A stretch of 64,000 bases of DNA from Vezdaea acicularis (Eukaryota). The number at the start of each line of letters is the position of its first letter. Within the stretch, counting starts at the first letter, position 1. Shown here piece after piece: positions 53,345 to 64,000 of this stretch. The notes beneath the pieces were generated by a model, which saw only the letters and a list, made by a program, of their open reading frames with translations, searched no databases and was not told the origin of the DNA. Where the stretch lies: NCBI GenBank assembly GCA_026025075.1, contig JAPEUI010000027.1, positions 1-64,000 on the forward strand, given 5' to 3'. The position numbers and the translations under genes were made by a program.

Positions 53345-54092
53345 CTAAGACCCGAGCTTTATAAGACCCTTTTGTTCTAAGTATTTGACGATCTCCGCGA
53401 CAGCTTGCTCAACAGTTAGCTGGTCACTCCGAATGTGAATATCCGGATTTTCAGGAGCCTCGTAAGGTGCAGAGATGCCGGTGAACTCTTGGATCTCGCC
53501 AGCCCTAGCCTTCTTGTACAACCCTTTTGGATCCCGTTTTTCTGCGATCTCTACAGGTATATCGACAAAGACTTCAACGAAAGGGATTGGATCGTCGTTT
53601 CCATGCTCACTAGCCTTCTCGTGGAGTTCACGTGCGATCTGACGGTCTGCCTTATATGGCGAGATAAATGATGCGATAGCAATCGTGGAGGAGTCTGCGA
53701 AAAGCTTCGCTACCTTGAGGAGAAGCATGTGAGTAGGATGTGAGCATAAATGAGTGAGGGAGGGATATCCAACCCACCTCTGCAATCCTACGAATATTCT
53801 CATTCCTGTCCCTCTCCGAAAAGCCAAGGTCCTTATTCAAGCCAAAGCGAACGTTATCACCATCAAGTCGATAGGCAGCATAGTGAAGGTGCAGTAAGTG
53901 TTGCTCAAGGGCTGTCGCTATCGTTGATTTCCCAGACGCAGAGAGCCCAGTGAACCATATCGTATAACCTTGCTGTTTCCGTAGTGAATTGCGCTCGTGT
54001 CGAGACAGTGAAGGGTGCCAGGTAATATGCCTAGGGTTCAACACATGAGCACCGCACATTCACCAAGTGAGGAAGGTACTGTACGTTGCCAT
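53345..54092 (-). CDS. MET14: Adenylyl-sulfate (APS) kinase, 3 exons
   Basis: [23 protein letters not shown]-loop, [17 protein letters not shown] and [26 protein letters not shown]. Confidence 0.96.
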
Positions 54093-54254
54093 GGTATCTC
54101 AATTTCTCAACACCGACTGAACCATGAAAGGGCAGCGCGCGCTTCTACCTCAACTTAACTCTACTTCTTGACTGAACTCTCAATTAACCTTTACAACTTT
54201 CGCGCATGCGTGCTGATATGATTGTTCCCATTCGACTTCACTTGCTGTAGCAAG

Positions 54255-55742
54255 ATGGCTCGGCTTCTGGATAGGCTCTTTTCGCTCTGCGCTGGCCGCG
54301 CATTGTCAGACCGACTTGAACAACATAGGATTAGGAAATGGGCGGAGGAGTGTGATAAAACGTCTACAGCACATATAATTACGCCATTGCTGGGCATACT
54401 GCCTCAACAAACGACGAATAGCGACGACGCAATGGGCACCAATCCTAGTCCTCAAGCAGCAGCACTGGCCGCACAATCGGCATGTCATCCTGCGCAAGCC
54501 ACCACGACCTTGCACCTGTCTCAGTCAGTGGAACTCGAGCCGACGCGATCTAACTTCATCGACCCATCGACCCTGGCTGCCGTTGCGCCAGATCTGGCTA
54601 GCCCCCCGCCAAGCGCGCCTGGTCCGCCTCTCTTTCGCGCCCCGCCAATGCCTGAGATGATTGGCATCGGGAAGTTTCGTCGAGCAAAAACAGCCACCGA
54701 AGAATGGACGCGCAACAACTATCACGCCCATACAAGTGTCCTCGGCACATGGGTGAAGGATACTTTGATACGATCAGAGACATTGCCGCAATGGGAGAGG
54801 GATACTCTGGAAAGAAAGGATAGCGGAGTCTGTGTGTCGCCTTCAGGCGAGACAGGAACTCAGAATGTCGAAATCGATTCGGAAAATGGCAGTATGACAG
54901 TTCGAGGCTTCATGTCGCAAGGCTCTTCACTTGTATCAACTCCTATTCGAACCTCCATCATTACTCGCCCTCGTCGTCTATCACTTCTCTCCATTGCCAG
55001 CCGAAACCGCACCATTGTGGATGATATCAACGCCCTAGTCGTCTCACCCCAGGAGCTGAATACCAAGCTTGCGAGTGCCATTGGAAGTCCTGCCTCGATT
55101 GTATCTTTTCCACTATCAAACTCGCCCTTTCTGCCAGCGTCCGGCGCCGGTCAAGCAGCGCAGAAAAAACGAACTCGTCTCGAATTGCTCGTGAACCTAC
55201 GAGCTCTCTTTCAGAGTGGCTGCTACGAGGATGTCTTTGAGAAAGACTCCCCACCTACGGCTTCCGCTGCGATAGGCATGGAAATCGTCAAGTATATGGC
55301 AGAACCGGAAGTTACCCCCGCTCAAGCAGTGCCAGTCACCATCAAGCTTCGCGCAGACACATCAAATACGGGAAACATGGCCGTGCCTCCTGCTCGCCGT
55401 GTCAGACCTACGGTAAAGGTCGCAGGACAGAGAAAGTCGCAACACGTTCGAAAGTCAGCAACTCGGCCTTCTAGAACAGTTGCCCACGCTAGAAATAAGT
55501 CTGAAGAAAGCAATAGATCGAAAAAGACAGGAGTCGCTATCAAAACGTGTGTGGCGGCGCATAAGAGTGCTCTGCAGCAGACCAAACCTATCGTCGCCGG
55601 CTTAGCAGATCACCGAAGGAGAATCACTTGGGTAGATGGCTTGAACGATGAGAAAGGCATTACTTCAGACGACAAGTCAGAGGAAGGAAGAGTAACGCAC
55701 TTGGAAGACGTGGTGGGGAAAGGAGAGCTCATCTGCACCTAA
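54255..55742 (+). CDS. Hypothetical, likely disordered orphan protein (about 495 aa)
   Basis: Uninterrupted 1.5-kb ORF filling the space between MET14 and GCV1. S/P/T/R-rich with no recognisable domain. Confidence 0.55.
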   Translation: MARLLDRLFSLCAGRALSDRLEQHRIRKWAEECDKTSTAHIITPLLGILPQQTTNSDDAMGTNPSPQAAALAAQSACHPAQATTTLHLSQSVELEPTRSNFIDPSTLAAVAPDLASPPPSAPGPPLFRAPPMPEMIGIGKFRRAKTATEEWTRNNYHAHTSVLGTWVKDTLIRSETLPQWERDTLERKDSGVCVSPSGETGTQNVEIDSENGSMTVRGFMSQGSSLVSTPIRTSIITRPRRLSLLSIASRNRTIVDDINALVVSPQELNTKLASAIGSPASIVSFPLSNSPFLPASGAGQAAQKKRTRLELLVNLRALFQSGCYEDVFEKDSPPTASAAIGMEIVKYMAEPEVTPAQAVPVTIKLRADTSNTGNMAVPPARRVRPTVKVAGQRKSQHVRKSATRPSRTVAHARNKSEESNRSKKTGVAIKTCVAAHKSALQQTKPIVAGLADHRRRITWVDGLNDEKGITSDDKSEEGRVTHLEDVVGKGELICT

Positions 55743-56212
55743 GCCCTATCAGCGCGATGGAGCACCAAACAGACGGTGCCCTTCTCGGTACAAAACTATG
55801 GCAGCCATCTTCTCCATCCTGCATGCGGGATCGGGCAGGGTACTCTCGTTCCCAACCACCTCTTATAATCTACGACGCTCGTTCCAAACCTAGCGTATCA
55901 TACATAGCTTCGGTTTTACCGGCTCTTATTGGAGTCGACTAAGCCCTAATACTACAAATAATGGGGGTAATCAAAGAGGCACAGGCTGGGCTTCCTTCAG
56001 GGGCTGCAAGGCCGGATGGCGATAATGGTAATAATAATAGTAGCGGTTTTCTGGCCGAGTCTTCTTCGGCGGCTATTGGGCCAGGCGTTTCTCAAAGATT
56101 ATCAGACCACTGAAATTGCATTTGGAACTTGATTCCATCACACTCTACCCATGTTCTAACCACAGTGCGTGATTGTTGCTGTGCATGCGAATCAGAATCA
56201 CTTGGACTTGTC

Positions 56213-57675
56213 CTAACCCCTCCAATACTTCGTCTCCACAAATGGCATCTTCGTAACGATCGCTTTCCGCCTTTTCCCTCTGACCAACACGCCCAGCTCC
56301 GTCCCCGACTTGTGCATCCCGCTTTTCACATACCCCATCGCGATGTTTTTCCCGACTGTCGGGCCAGGACACCCACTCGTGACTTTCCCAATCACCTCAT
56401 CGCCATCACCAACAATCTCCGCGCCCTCCCTCGCCGGTGCCCCCTCGATCACCAAACCTACCCTCCTCTTCTCCACTCCTGTCCCACCATCCTTCTTCGG
56501 CTTGAGCTGCCTTAGAATGACGCCATCGCCGTTGAAACCCCCCTCAGTCCGACGATCCTTCCCAACTACCCAGCCTAGGCCCGCCTCAACAGGGGTGATG
56601 GTCTCATCCAGATCATGTCCATACAGACACATGCCCGCCTCCATGCGCAGACTATCTCTGGCGCCCAATCCAGCCAGATGAACACTTTCCTCCCTCTCCT
56701 GATTGATCCCTAAGAAGGCGCGTGCGACTTTCTCCGTGATGGGCGGGGGCAGTGAGAGCTCGAACCCGTCTTCGCCCGTATAGCCACCCCTCGCGACATG
56801 CACTGGCTCCGTAGGCGTGCCCTTGAGCTCGAGACGGAGTGGCAACATGCGCGACTGGCCGAAGTGCAGGCTTGGGAGGTCGTCGGCGTCTGGGCGTGCG
56901 AGGAAGTGTTCGAGCACCCATGCGGCTTTGGGACCTTGAAGGGCAAGCAGACCCCAACCTTCTAGTACTTCCCAATTGATGGATTTGGGATCACTGGAGG
57001 CGTTGATGTGCTCGTCTAGAAATGCGAGGTCTTTGTCGCGAGTGGCGCCGTTGGTTACAACGTAGAACCTTTCGGGGCCAAGGCGCGTGATGACGCAGTC
57101 GTCGACGATGCCGCCTGTTTGGGGGAGAAGTAAGACGGAGAGAGTGGAGTGGTGGACAGGAAGGGTGACGATAGAGGAGGGGGTTATTCGCAGGAGGAGC
57201 TCCTGTGCGCCGGGACCAGAGATATAGTGTTGGACCCTAGCGATGAGAGTTAGGAAAAGGGTAAGAGCTTTGGAGTCGGCGAAACCTACATATGGCTCAC
57301 GTCGAAGATACTGGCATTCTCCCGAGTCCACTTGTGGCTTTCTGAGATTGATAGGTTTTCGTATTGAACGGGCATGGAGTAGCCTGCAAAGGGCACCATC
57401 TTTCCGCCATGGGCGACATGGAGGTCGTAGAGGGGTGTGTGGCGGAGAGGGCTATCTGAGGTAGCTGGCGGTGCGGTACTGGATGTTGGGAGCTTATCTG
57501 GAGGCCTAGCTTGCTCACTTGCACTCCTGGAGAGTTTGTGGAAGCCCGGAATGAAAGGAGAAAGTAAATTCTTAACTCTAGGGGCAGGGCGACAGAGTTG
57601 ATGAACATTACGGAGCCGTACTTGGCCAATTGAAGCTGGCTTAAGGCCAACTGAAGTTAACTTTATTCTCTTCAT
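56213..57675 (-). CDS. GCV1: Glycine cleavage system T protein (aminomethyltransferase), 2 exons
   Basis: Basic presequence, [49 protein letters not shown] and [18 protein letters not shown]. Confidence 0.95.
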
Positions 57676-57951
57676 GGTCCTTCGCTATAGATATCATAAG
57701 CCTGATGTATATGGGAGGGAGAGTGGAGTTTGAGTTCTTTGCATTGTCGCACTAGTGACGTGGGAGGGGCACGTCGGCTAACAACTTTGTGGCGTATATT
57801 TTCTCAAGCCACATGCAACCAACCTTAAATCATGCCGAGGACCCGATGATTTTAGCAAACGTATCATATACTCTTGGCAATACCGGCAATATGGACACAG
57901 ACTTACAATATTTCATTGTTGAGCGGTAACGAAGGGAGCAAAGGCAGTGCG

Positions 57952-58977
57952 ATGTCTAGTGCTTCCCAGTCGCGCTCATCGTCGTCTTGTGAGTCCTTCG
58001 CAGCCCTCCACCCAGCTCCAGCATCTAATGTCCGCCCCATAGCCTTCCACTTTTTCGCCGGCCTCAGCTCTGGCATCTTCTCAGCAGTTCTCCTCCAACC
58101 TGCAGACCTCCTCAAAACCCGTGTCCAACAATCCGGGTCCTCGTCCCTCCTCCAAACCGTCCGCGTCATCGCCAACAGCCCCCAGCCTATCCGCGGCCTC
58201 TGGCGCGGGACGGTCCCGTCAGCACTTCGCACAGGCATAGGTTCTGCTTTATACTTCTCCAGCCTGAACGCCCTTCGCCGATATGTAGCTACGTCTCGGA
58301 TTTTCGTCCCGTCAGGGACTATGGCCAACGCAGGACCGCATAGCTCGTCCGCCCTACCAAAGCTATCAAACCTCGGCAATATGCTGACGGGCGCCGTGGC
58401 ACGCGCAAGTGTTGGCATGGTCATGATGCCTATTACAGTGATCAAAGTGCGATACGAATCGAACTTCTACGCCTACAAGTCGCTTCTGGGAGCGAGTAGT
58501 GACATCTTACGCCGGGAGGGACTAAGGGGGTTCTTCGCCGGCTTCGGCGCGACCGCCATTAGAGATGCGCCATATGCAGGCTTGTACGTTTTGTTCTACG
58601 AACAAAGTAAGAAGCGGATGAGTCACCTAGCGCAGAGAGCGCCTGGCGCGAACTTGGCCCGCTCCGAAGGGATGAAGATGCGCACCTCCGCCAGCATCAA
58701 CTTCCTGTCTGGAGTACTGGCTGCTGGGATAGCAACTGCGATCACGAACCCGTTCGATGCGATAAAGACAAGGATTCAGCTCACGCCGAGCAAGTACGGG
58801 AATATGCTGCAGGCAGTGAAGTTGATGATCAAGGAAGACGGGGCGAGGAGCCTACTGGACGGGTTGGGGTTGAGGATGGGCAGGAAAGTGGTGAGCTCGG
58901 CATTGGCGTGGACGCTATATGAGGAGCTCATCAGGAGAGCGGAGGTGAGGTGGTTAGACAACGCAGAGACCATGTAA
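57952..58977 (+). CDS. HEM25: Mitochondrial glycine carrier (SLC25A38/Hem25)
   Basis: Three carrier repeats [22 protein letters not shown] and [11 protein letters not shown], plus RDAPYAGLY and R..RK..SSALAW typical of Hem25. Probable 54-nt in-frame intron 57989-58042. Confidence 0.88.
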   Translation: MSSASQSRSSSSCESFAALHPAPASNVRPIAFHFFAGLSSGIFSAVLLQPADLLKTRVQQSGSSSLLQTVRVIANSPQPIRGLWRGTVPSALRTGIGSALYFSSLNALRRYVATSRIFVPSGTMANAGPHSSSALPKLSNLGNMLTGAVARASVGMVMMPITVIKVRYESNFYAYKSLLGASSDILRREGLRGFFAGFGATAIRDAPYAGLYVLFYEQSKKRMSHLAQRAPGANLARSEGMKMRTSASINFLSGVLAAGIATAITNPFDAIKTRIQLTPSKYGNMLQAVKLMIKEDGARSLLDGLGLRMGRKVVSSALAWTLYEELIRRAEVRWLDNAETM

Positions 58978-59250
58978 GATGAGCGCAGGATTAATTGAAG
59001 TCGATACAAATGTCGCCTAAAGGAGTCAAAGGGAGTGAAAAGGAAATGGGATTATCTTCGAAACGCAACTCTAGAGGGAAGTTTTGTATTAAACAAATTA
59101 TAGAGAAAAACAATGCAGTCTCCAAAAATCTCTATGCAACAAACTATCCCACTTGCAACCCCGCATGAATGACATACTATGCAAATTCTTCATGGCTGGA
59201 ACATAGCTTCGTGTCTTCATAAAAATATCGGCTTATCATTGCTGGGCATG

Positions 59251-60621
59251 TCACCTAAACAACCCACCAAAGACTGACGGCGTGGATTTCCTTCTCTCGG
59301 CTTTCTTCCTCGCAGCAAGCTTCTGGGCTTTCGTTTCCGCTTTGTCGACAACTACTTCGACGCCAGCTGCTCCAACATAGGCCTTCTGCATGCGTAGCCG
59401 TGCGGTATGATCCCACCACGCTTGTCGTTCCTCAGGAGGGACAAAGCGCCTGATTATGACGAAGTTTGAGTCGGTCTGAAAACAATTTTTAGCTTCACTC
59501 TAGGCAGATATAGTGTCATGGCAACTCACAGGATCGATATAGAAGTCCACTTTAAATGTATCCAACGTCTTCAACGAGACGTGTCGCCTAGACATCTTCA
59601 CATGGACTGGTTTGGTCATGTCCACTGCGTTTGGTGGAGGGCCCCAGGGGGAGCCGACAGGGGGCGGGGGAGGTGGGACGCCCATTGGTCCACCCATTGG
59701 GCCGCCCATCGGCCCGCCCATCGGACCACCCATTGGTGGGAGGGCTCCAAATAGAGGTGGTCCACCTGCAGGAGGAAATGCCGGAGGCGGCGGCGGACCT
59801 CCTGGTGGGCCAAATCCGGGCAACTGATTGTCGAAGGGCGGTGGGGGTCCAAACGCTGGAGGACCGCCCATCTGAGGTGGGCGTAACTTTTCTCCGCGTA
59901 GGATCGCGTCGATCTCTCTTTGAGGGAGTACGCCACCAAACTGGCGCTGCACGCGCTCCTTGTATTCCAGCTCTCTTTGCTCTTGATCTCTCTTAGCTTT
60001 TGCCTTCTCCTCATCTTGCTTCTTCTTGAATTTCTCAATCGCTTCGGCCTCCCATTGCTTCTTCCGCTTCTCCTCCTCACGGCGTTGTTCCTCCTCTTTA
60101 GCCTTCAGCAGGGCCGCCTCTTCTCTAATTCTCTTCTTTTGAGCTTCTTCTTTTTTCTCCTTGTTGTACAGCATTAGCTGCTTCTTCATCTGCTCCTTTT
60201 CGGGGTCCTCTCGAATTTCTGCCAGCGCCCATGCGTTCGGAGAGGGTTCGCGCGAACCATAAGTAGACGCACGATATCTCCCACCTCCACGGTATTCGGA
60301 ACGGGAAGACTGCATAGAATAGGGACTGGGGTCACGGCTATCAAATGTGTAATCCGCTTCATACACACTGCTGGGCCGGCCGCGCTCAGGTGGGAACTGG
60401 TCAACAATTACTGGGCGTGAGACGGGGTTCCGGTGGCCAGTAGAGCGCGATCTTTGGAGTGGTTCGCCTCCGGCGAAGTCTGGTGCCATATATCCTCCTC
60501 GAGTAACATAGAAGGGCGCAGTGCGGTAGTCATCGCTTCGCATGCGACGACGACTCGGTCGAGCATGGTCGACTCTTACTGGCCCATCGCCGGGGTCGAC
60601 GTACTCGAAGCCGGTATCCAT
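59251..60621 (-). CDS. Conserved fungal hypothetical protein: coiled coil, Pro/Gly repeats, C-terminal domain of unknown function, 2 exons
   Basis: E/K/R coiled coil, (MGGP)4 and HVKMSRRHVSLKTLD..IDP|TDSNFVIIRRFVP..WDHTARLR. Stop at 59251. Confidence 0.75.
59680..59740 (-). repeat. 12-bp coding tandem repeat encoding (MGGP)4
   Basis: Translation PPMGGPMGGPMGGPMGGPMGV. Confidence 0.85.
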
Positions 60622-61292
60622 TGTAAGATGACCGCGATATTACGTGGAGCAGACAAGGGTTAATTGAACAAGTGGATGTCTTAGGTGCTGTTATCAAAGT
60701 GTGAACGTGCAACAGGCAACAGCCCGGGTATACTACACTGCTACCGCAACAGATTGAGAGCGTGAGAAGATCCAGACAAGATGGAGAAGTCGGTGGGTCG
60801 CGAGATAAGGGAGCGAAAGCTAAGGGGGATGGGTGCAAAAGGAAGGGAGAAAGTGAAACAGAAGTTGGTGGGGTTGTTCGACGCTCCTGTTCTTAATGGG
60901 AGTTGCCGTGGTCGAATCGCACGACAAGAGCCGAGTTGGAAGATTTGGGGGCGCTAGCAAAGTTCCAGTCATAAACGGAGAACGGTCCCTCCAGATAAAC
61001 GCCACCTCATATAATGGAACAGCCAACGTGTATCGGAATCAGGATGAGCTGTCGATGGTGTCCGGCTGCACTTAAGGCTGCACACCTTTCCTGTGCTTTA
61101 TGACTGCGTCGACACGGTGACCGCTTAGGTGTGCCGCCGGCTGATCAATGAAGGATTCGCGAAAAGATCGGCACCAGCGACAGGCGGCAGGGGTTTGTGT
61201 TGCCTGAGCAGTGCCGGCGTGTTGCGCGGGGCGTTATGGCAGTCTAGCCCTACCAGAGGGCGCCCGCTCTGCTGCCTTAATTTTAGGCACAT

Positions 61293-61324
61293 GATGAACG
61301 ATGAACGATGAACGACGAACGACG
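61293..61324. repeat. 7-bp tandem repeat (GATGAAC)3-GACGAAC-GACG
   Basis: Directly visible in intergenic sequence. Confidence 0.85.
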
Positions 61325-63045
61325 CGAAACACACACATAATCCGGTTTACCGAAGAATGTAGGGCCCAATGGTGACAACCAAACCATGAACGGCAAGAAG
61401 GAGCAAGAGGCAGCAAGAAGCAGCGTCGATATTCACATCATTATATCGCGATTCTTTTGTTGATGATCTGCTAGTTCGTTTTTTGAGGCTTCGAGGGGTG
61501 TTTTGGCACCGCCACCCGGAACCATGCCGAGCGTCACTCCTCCCACCCGGTCGGCAAGGATCCATAGATCAGTCGATCATTTCTTTCTAGTGCACGCTTG
61601 ATAGCATCAGCATCATGCCTGCTTCATGGAACTAGCCACCCAATGGCGACATCTGCATTTGATGCAGGAAGCAGAGGCCCAGCTCTTATAAATAGTGTTC
61701 CGTTATACGAAAGCACATATGTTGACCTGCAAGTAACCCTACAGAAGCGAAGATGCATACCCGGCACGTACTTATCTTGAAACGTCTAGTAAGGAAGGCA
61801 TCAGAGGCCCAAAATCGTCTTGGCAGTGGTGTTTCATCTCGAAGATCTGTCCGTAGTCGTTGTGCAGACAATTGAAGTAGCTTCATGTCCAGTTCATGCT
61901 CGCCCTCCGGACTTGAAGATTTGATCCATATGGCTTCGGCTGTTTTTATACGTGGTCTCAAGGTAGTGTAACTTCTTTTCTAAGCTGCTAATGTCTCCTT
62001 TCAGCTCCGAGGTTTCCTTTCGTATTCGTTTGTTGACATTGTCAATTGGACTGGATACGAACCTAAAGGAGAAGAGGTGTCAGTGAGGCTAAACTAGAAC
62101 TCGTGATTGCTAAAAGAGTGTTCTACATCTTTCCCACTCCTTCGTAGACGATAGTCTCTTTTGGAAGAACTCCCACTTCGCTGGACGTAAGTTCTAAAAG
62201 GCGTATATCACGCTGTTTGGCTGCAATTTGACTCTTGACGACATTGATCTGTTGTTGAGACAGGAGGGCCTGTGATTCTATTTCCTGCACAAGCTATGTG
62301 GCGGATGAGCATGGCATCCACGGAAGGGTCATAAGCATCCTTGGCCTACCTTCTGAAGCGCTTCATTCGGGATAGACATCCCGACTTCGTTATATCAACC
62401 TTTCAATGAGTATTTTTGCATATACCACTGGGGCAATATGCGGAGTTTATTGTGAAACGCAAAGAGCGTGCCAAATACTGCGAAGATAATTTCTCAATAT
62501 TAGGTCTATCAGTAAATCAGGATCGAGATGTTGCTCTGATGTGAAAGCTCTCAATCGTAGGGACCTTCGGCAAAGCGATGGGATCTCATTGGGCATGACC
62601 CAGGTCGACTCGCGGAGTGATCCCAAGATCAGAGATTTTAGATAGAAGTCTCGTCGATAATAACGCTAAATTACAAGCTTGGAATCTAAAATCACAACTG
62701 AAACCGAAAAAAGAATAATTTTCATATTCTTTCACACACTGTTCTCGTCTAGCTTTTCTACGTCACTGACGCCATTCTGCAGCCCTACGTTGTCGCGGAA
62801 CCAACACCGAAGTGGCCGCGCAAGCGCGTCTTATACAACTATCCGCCAGCAGCCGTGAATATGCCATCATAATCCTTACGACCGTCGCTACTTAAATCTA
62901 ATCACATATATAGTTTCATTCTTGACCTTCTATTTACTTAGCCTCTTCGCCCCGAATGCCCGCCCTTTGAACGAGTTCTGGTGCTGAATAACCAGCAGGC
63001 TTCCAAGTACCTCCTCCGGTCTCATCTGCTAGCGATCCACACAGG

Positions 63046-64000
63046 ATGGTCTCCTGGTTGCCATCTGTGCCATATCAGCAAGCTGAGCATGGGTTCTGGG
63101 ATCCCGTCACCGCGACGCTGAACTGGTGTGAAGAAGTGAGTAGATCTAGGCTATTATGCTGAAATATAAGCTGGCTAAAAGAGCGTTTCATGCTAATTTT
63201 TACGTAGGACTACTATGCGACAAGATACGTAGCCGAGATAGTAAATACCTTGACGAACTTACTTTTCGTCTACTTGGCAACCAGGGGAATCCGAAATTGC
63301 CTCAAGTATGGACATGACACAATATTCCTCATTGCGTTTGTTGGGTATGCCCTCGTTGGACTTGGAAGCTTCTGCTTTCATGCAACCCTGACATGTATGT
63401 ATATCAACTCATATGGACAAGTCAATAAAGCTCGCAAGATCCTCTCACAATCAATGAAAAATTTACACAGCGATATTATGCCAGCTCTATGTAGACTCTC
63501 TTATTCCGAAAGAAGACAAAGTTCTAATGGTGAATTCTTGCACACTAGATCCTATGCAGCTAGTCGATGAGCTATCCATGATATACACAACCTGTCTAAT
63601 GGTTCACGCAACCTTCTCTTACGAAAAATCCAGGAGGTTCTCTATGTTCCTTGCTTTTTGTCTTGTTGGCTTGGCCGTCTTCATCACCCTTTATTATCAC
63701 TACCTCCAGGATCCCGCCTTTCACCAAAATGCTTACGCTCTATTGACTGCTGCGGTACTACTTCGGAGCATGTACATGATGGAGATGTATTTACGCCCTT
63801 CGCTTAGGCAGCAATCAGAGCCATCTCACCAGAAGGTGTTGACTAGAAAGGCTGACGCGATTCAGAAAGGTCACGATCGTCGCGATGAGCGTATACTAAC
63901 ACTTATGTGGATATTGGTTGGAGTAGGGCTTTCGGTATTTCTTGGGGGCTTTGCTATCTGGAGTCTTGATACCAAGTATTGCTCTCAACTAAGGTCCTGG
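63046..64000 (+). CDS. Alkaline (phyto)ceramidase Ypc1/Ydc1 family, 3' truncated by window end
   Basis: GFWDPVTATLNWCEE|DYYATRYVAEIVNTLTN, GLGSFCFHATL, MQLVDELSMIY and GGFAIWSLD. Confidence 0.93.

Noticed and set aside
53345..58977. MET14 + GCV1 + HEM25 as a sulfur/one-carbon cluster
   Set aside because: MET14 is separated by an unrelated ORF and no shared motif was seen. Only the GCV1/HEM25 pair is retained as a finding.
1..64000. CRISPR arrays, rRNA/tRNA genes, secondary-metabolite cluster, intact mobile elements
   Set aside because: No repeat-spacer periodicity, cloverleaf, PKS/NRPS or transposase/RT motifs were seen.

Overview
Gene-dense, intron-rich eukaryotic DNA from a filamentous ascomycete. 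It has short introns (mostly 50-130 nt, GT-AG, CTRAY-type branch points) and about 28 protein genes in 64 kb. Most are conserved housekeeping genes: membrane-anchored glutaredoxin, PMC1 Ca-ATPase, cyanamide hydratase, NUP84, CMC4, SUMO, an Mtr-type amino-acid permease, VPS25, OPI3, RXT2, TRAPPC11, an I78-type inhibitor, a Mid2-like sensor, SGT2, TMA20, CK2-beta, RIC1, a GT15 mannosyltransferase, HIR1, VMA5, MET14, GCV1, HEM25 and an alkaline ceramidase (partial). No rRNA, tRNA, CRISPR or intact transposon was recognised. Best leads: (1) a four-exon secreted protein (39482-41099) with His directly after the signal peptide, a second His motif and a YTTCFDV motif, suggesting an unclassified LPMO-like copper histidine-brace protein; (2) two intergenic segments with many long-range complementary helices (about 1700-2510 and 21210-21570), candidate structured ncRNAs; (3) a head-to-head GCV1/HEM25 mitochondrial glycine gene pair; (4) repeated sharp C-rich to G-rich skew switches. 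Gene models were spliced by eye and family assignments are from recalled motifs, not database searches.
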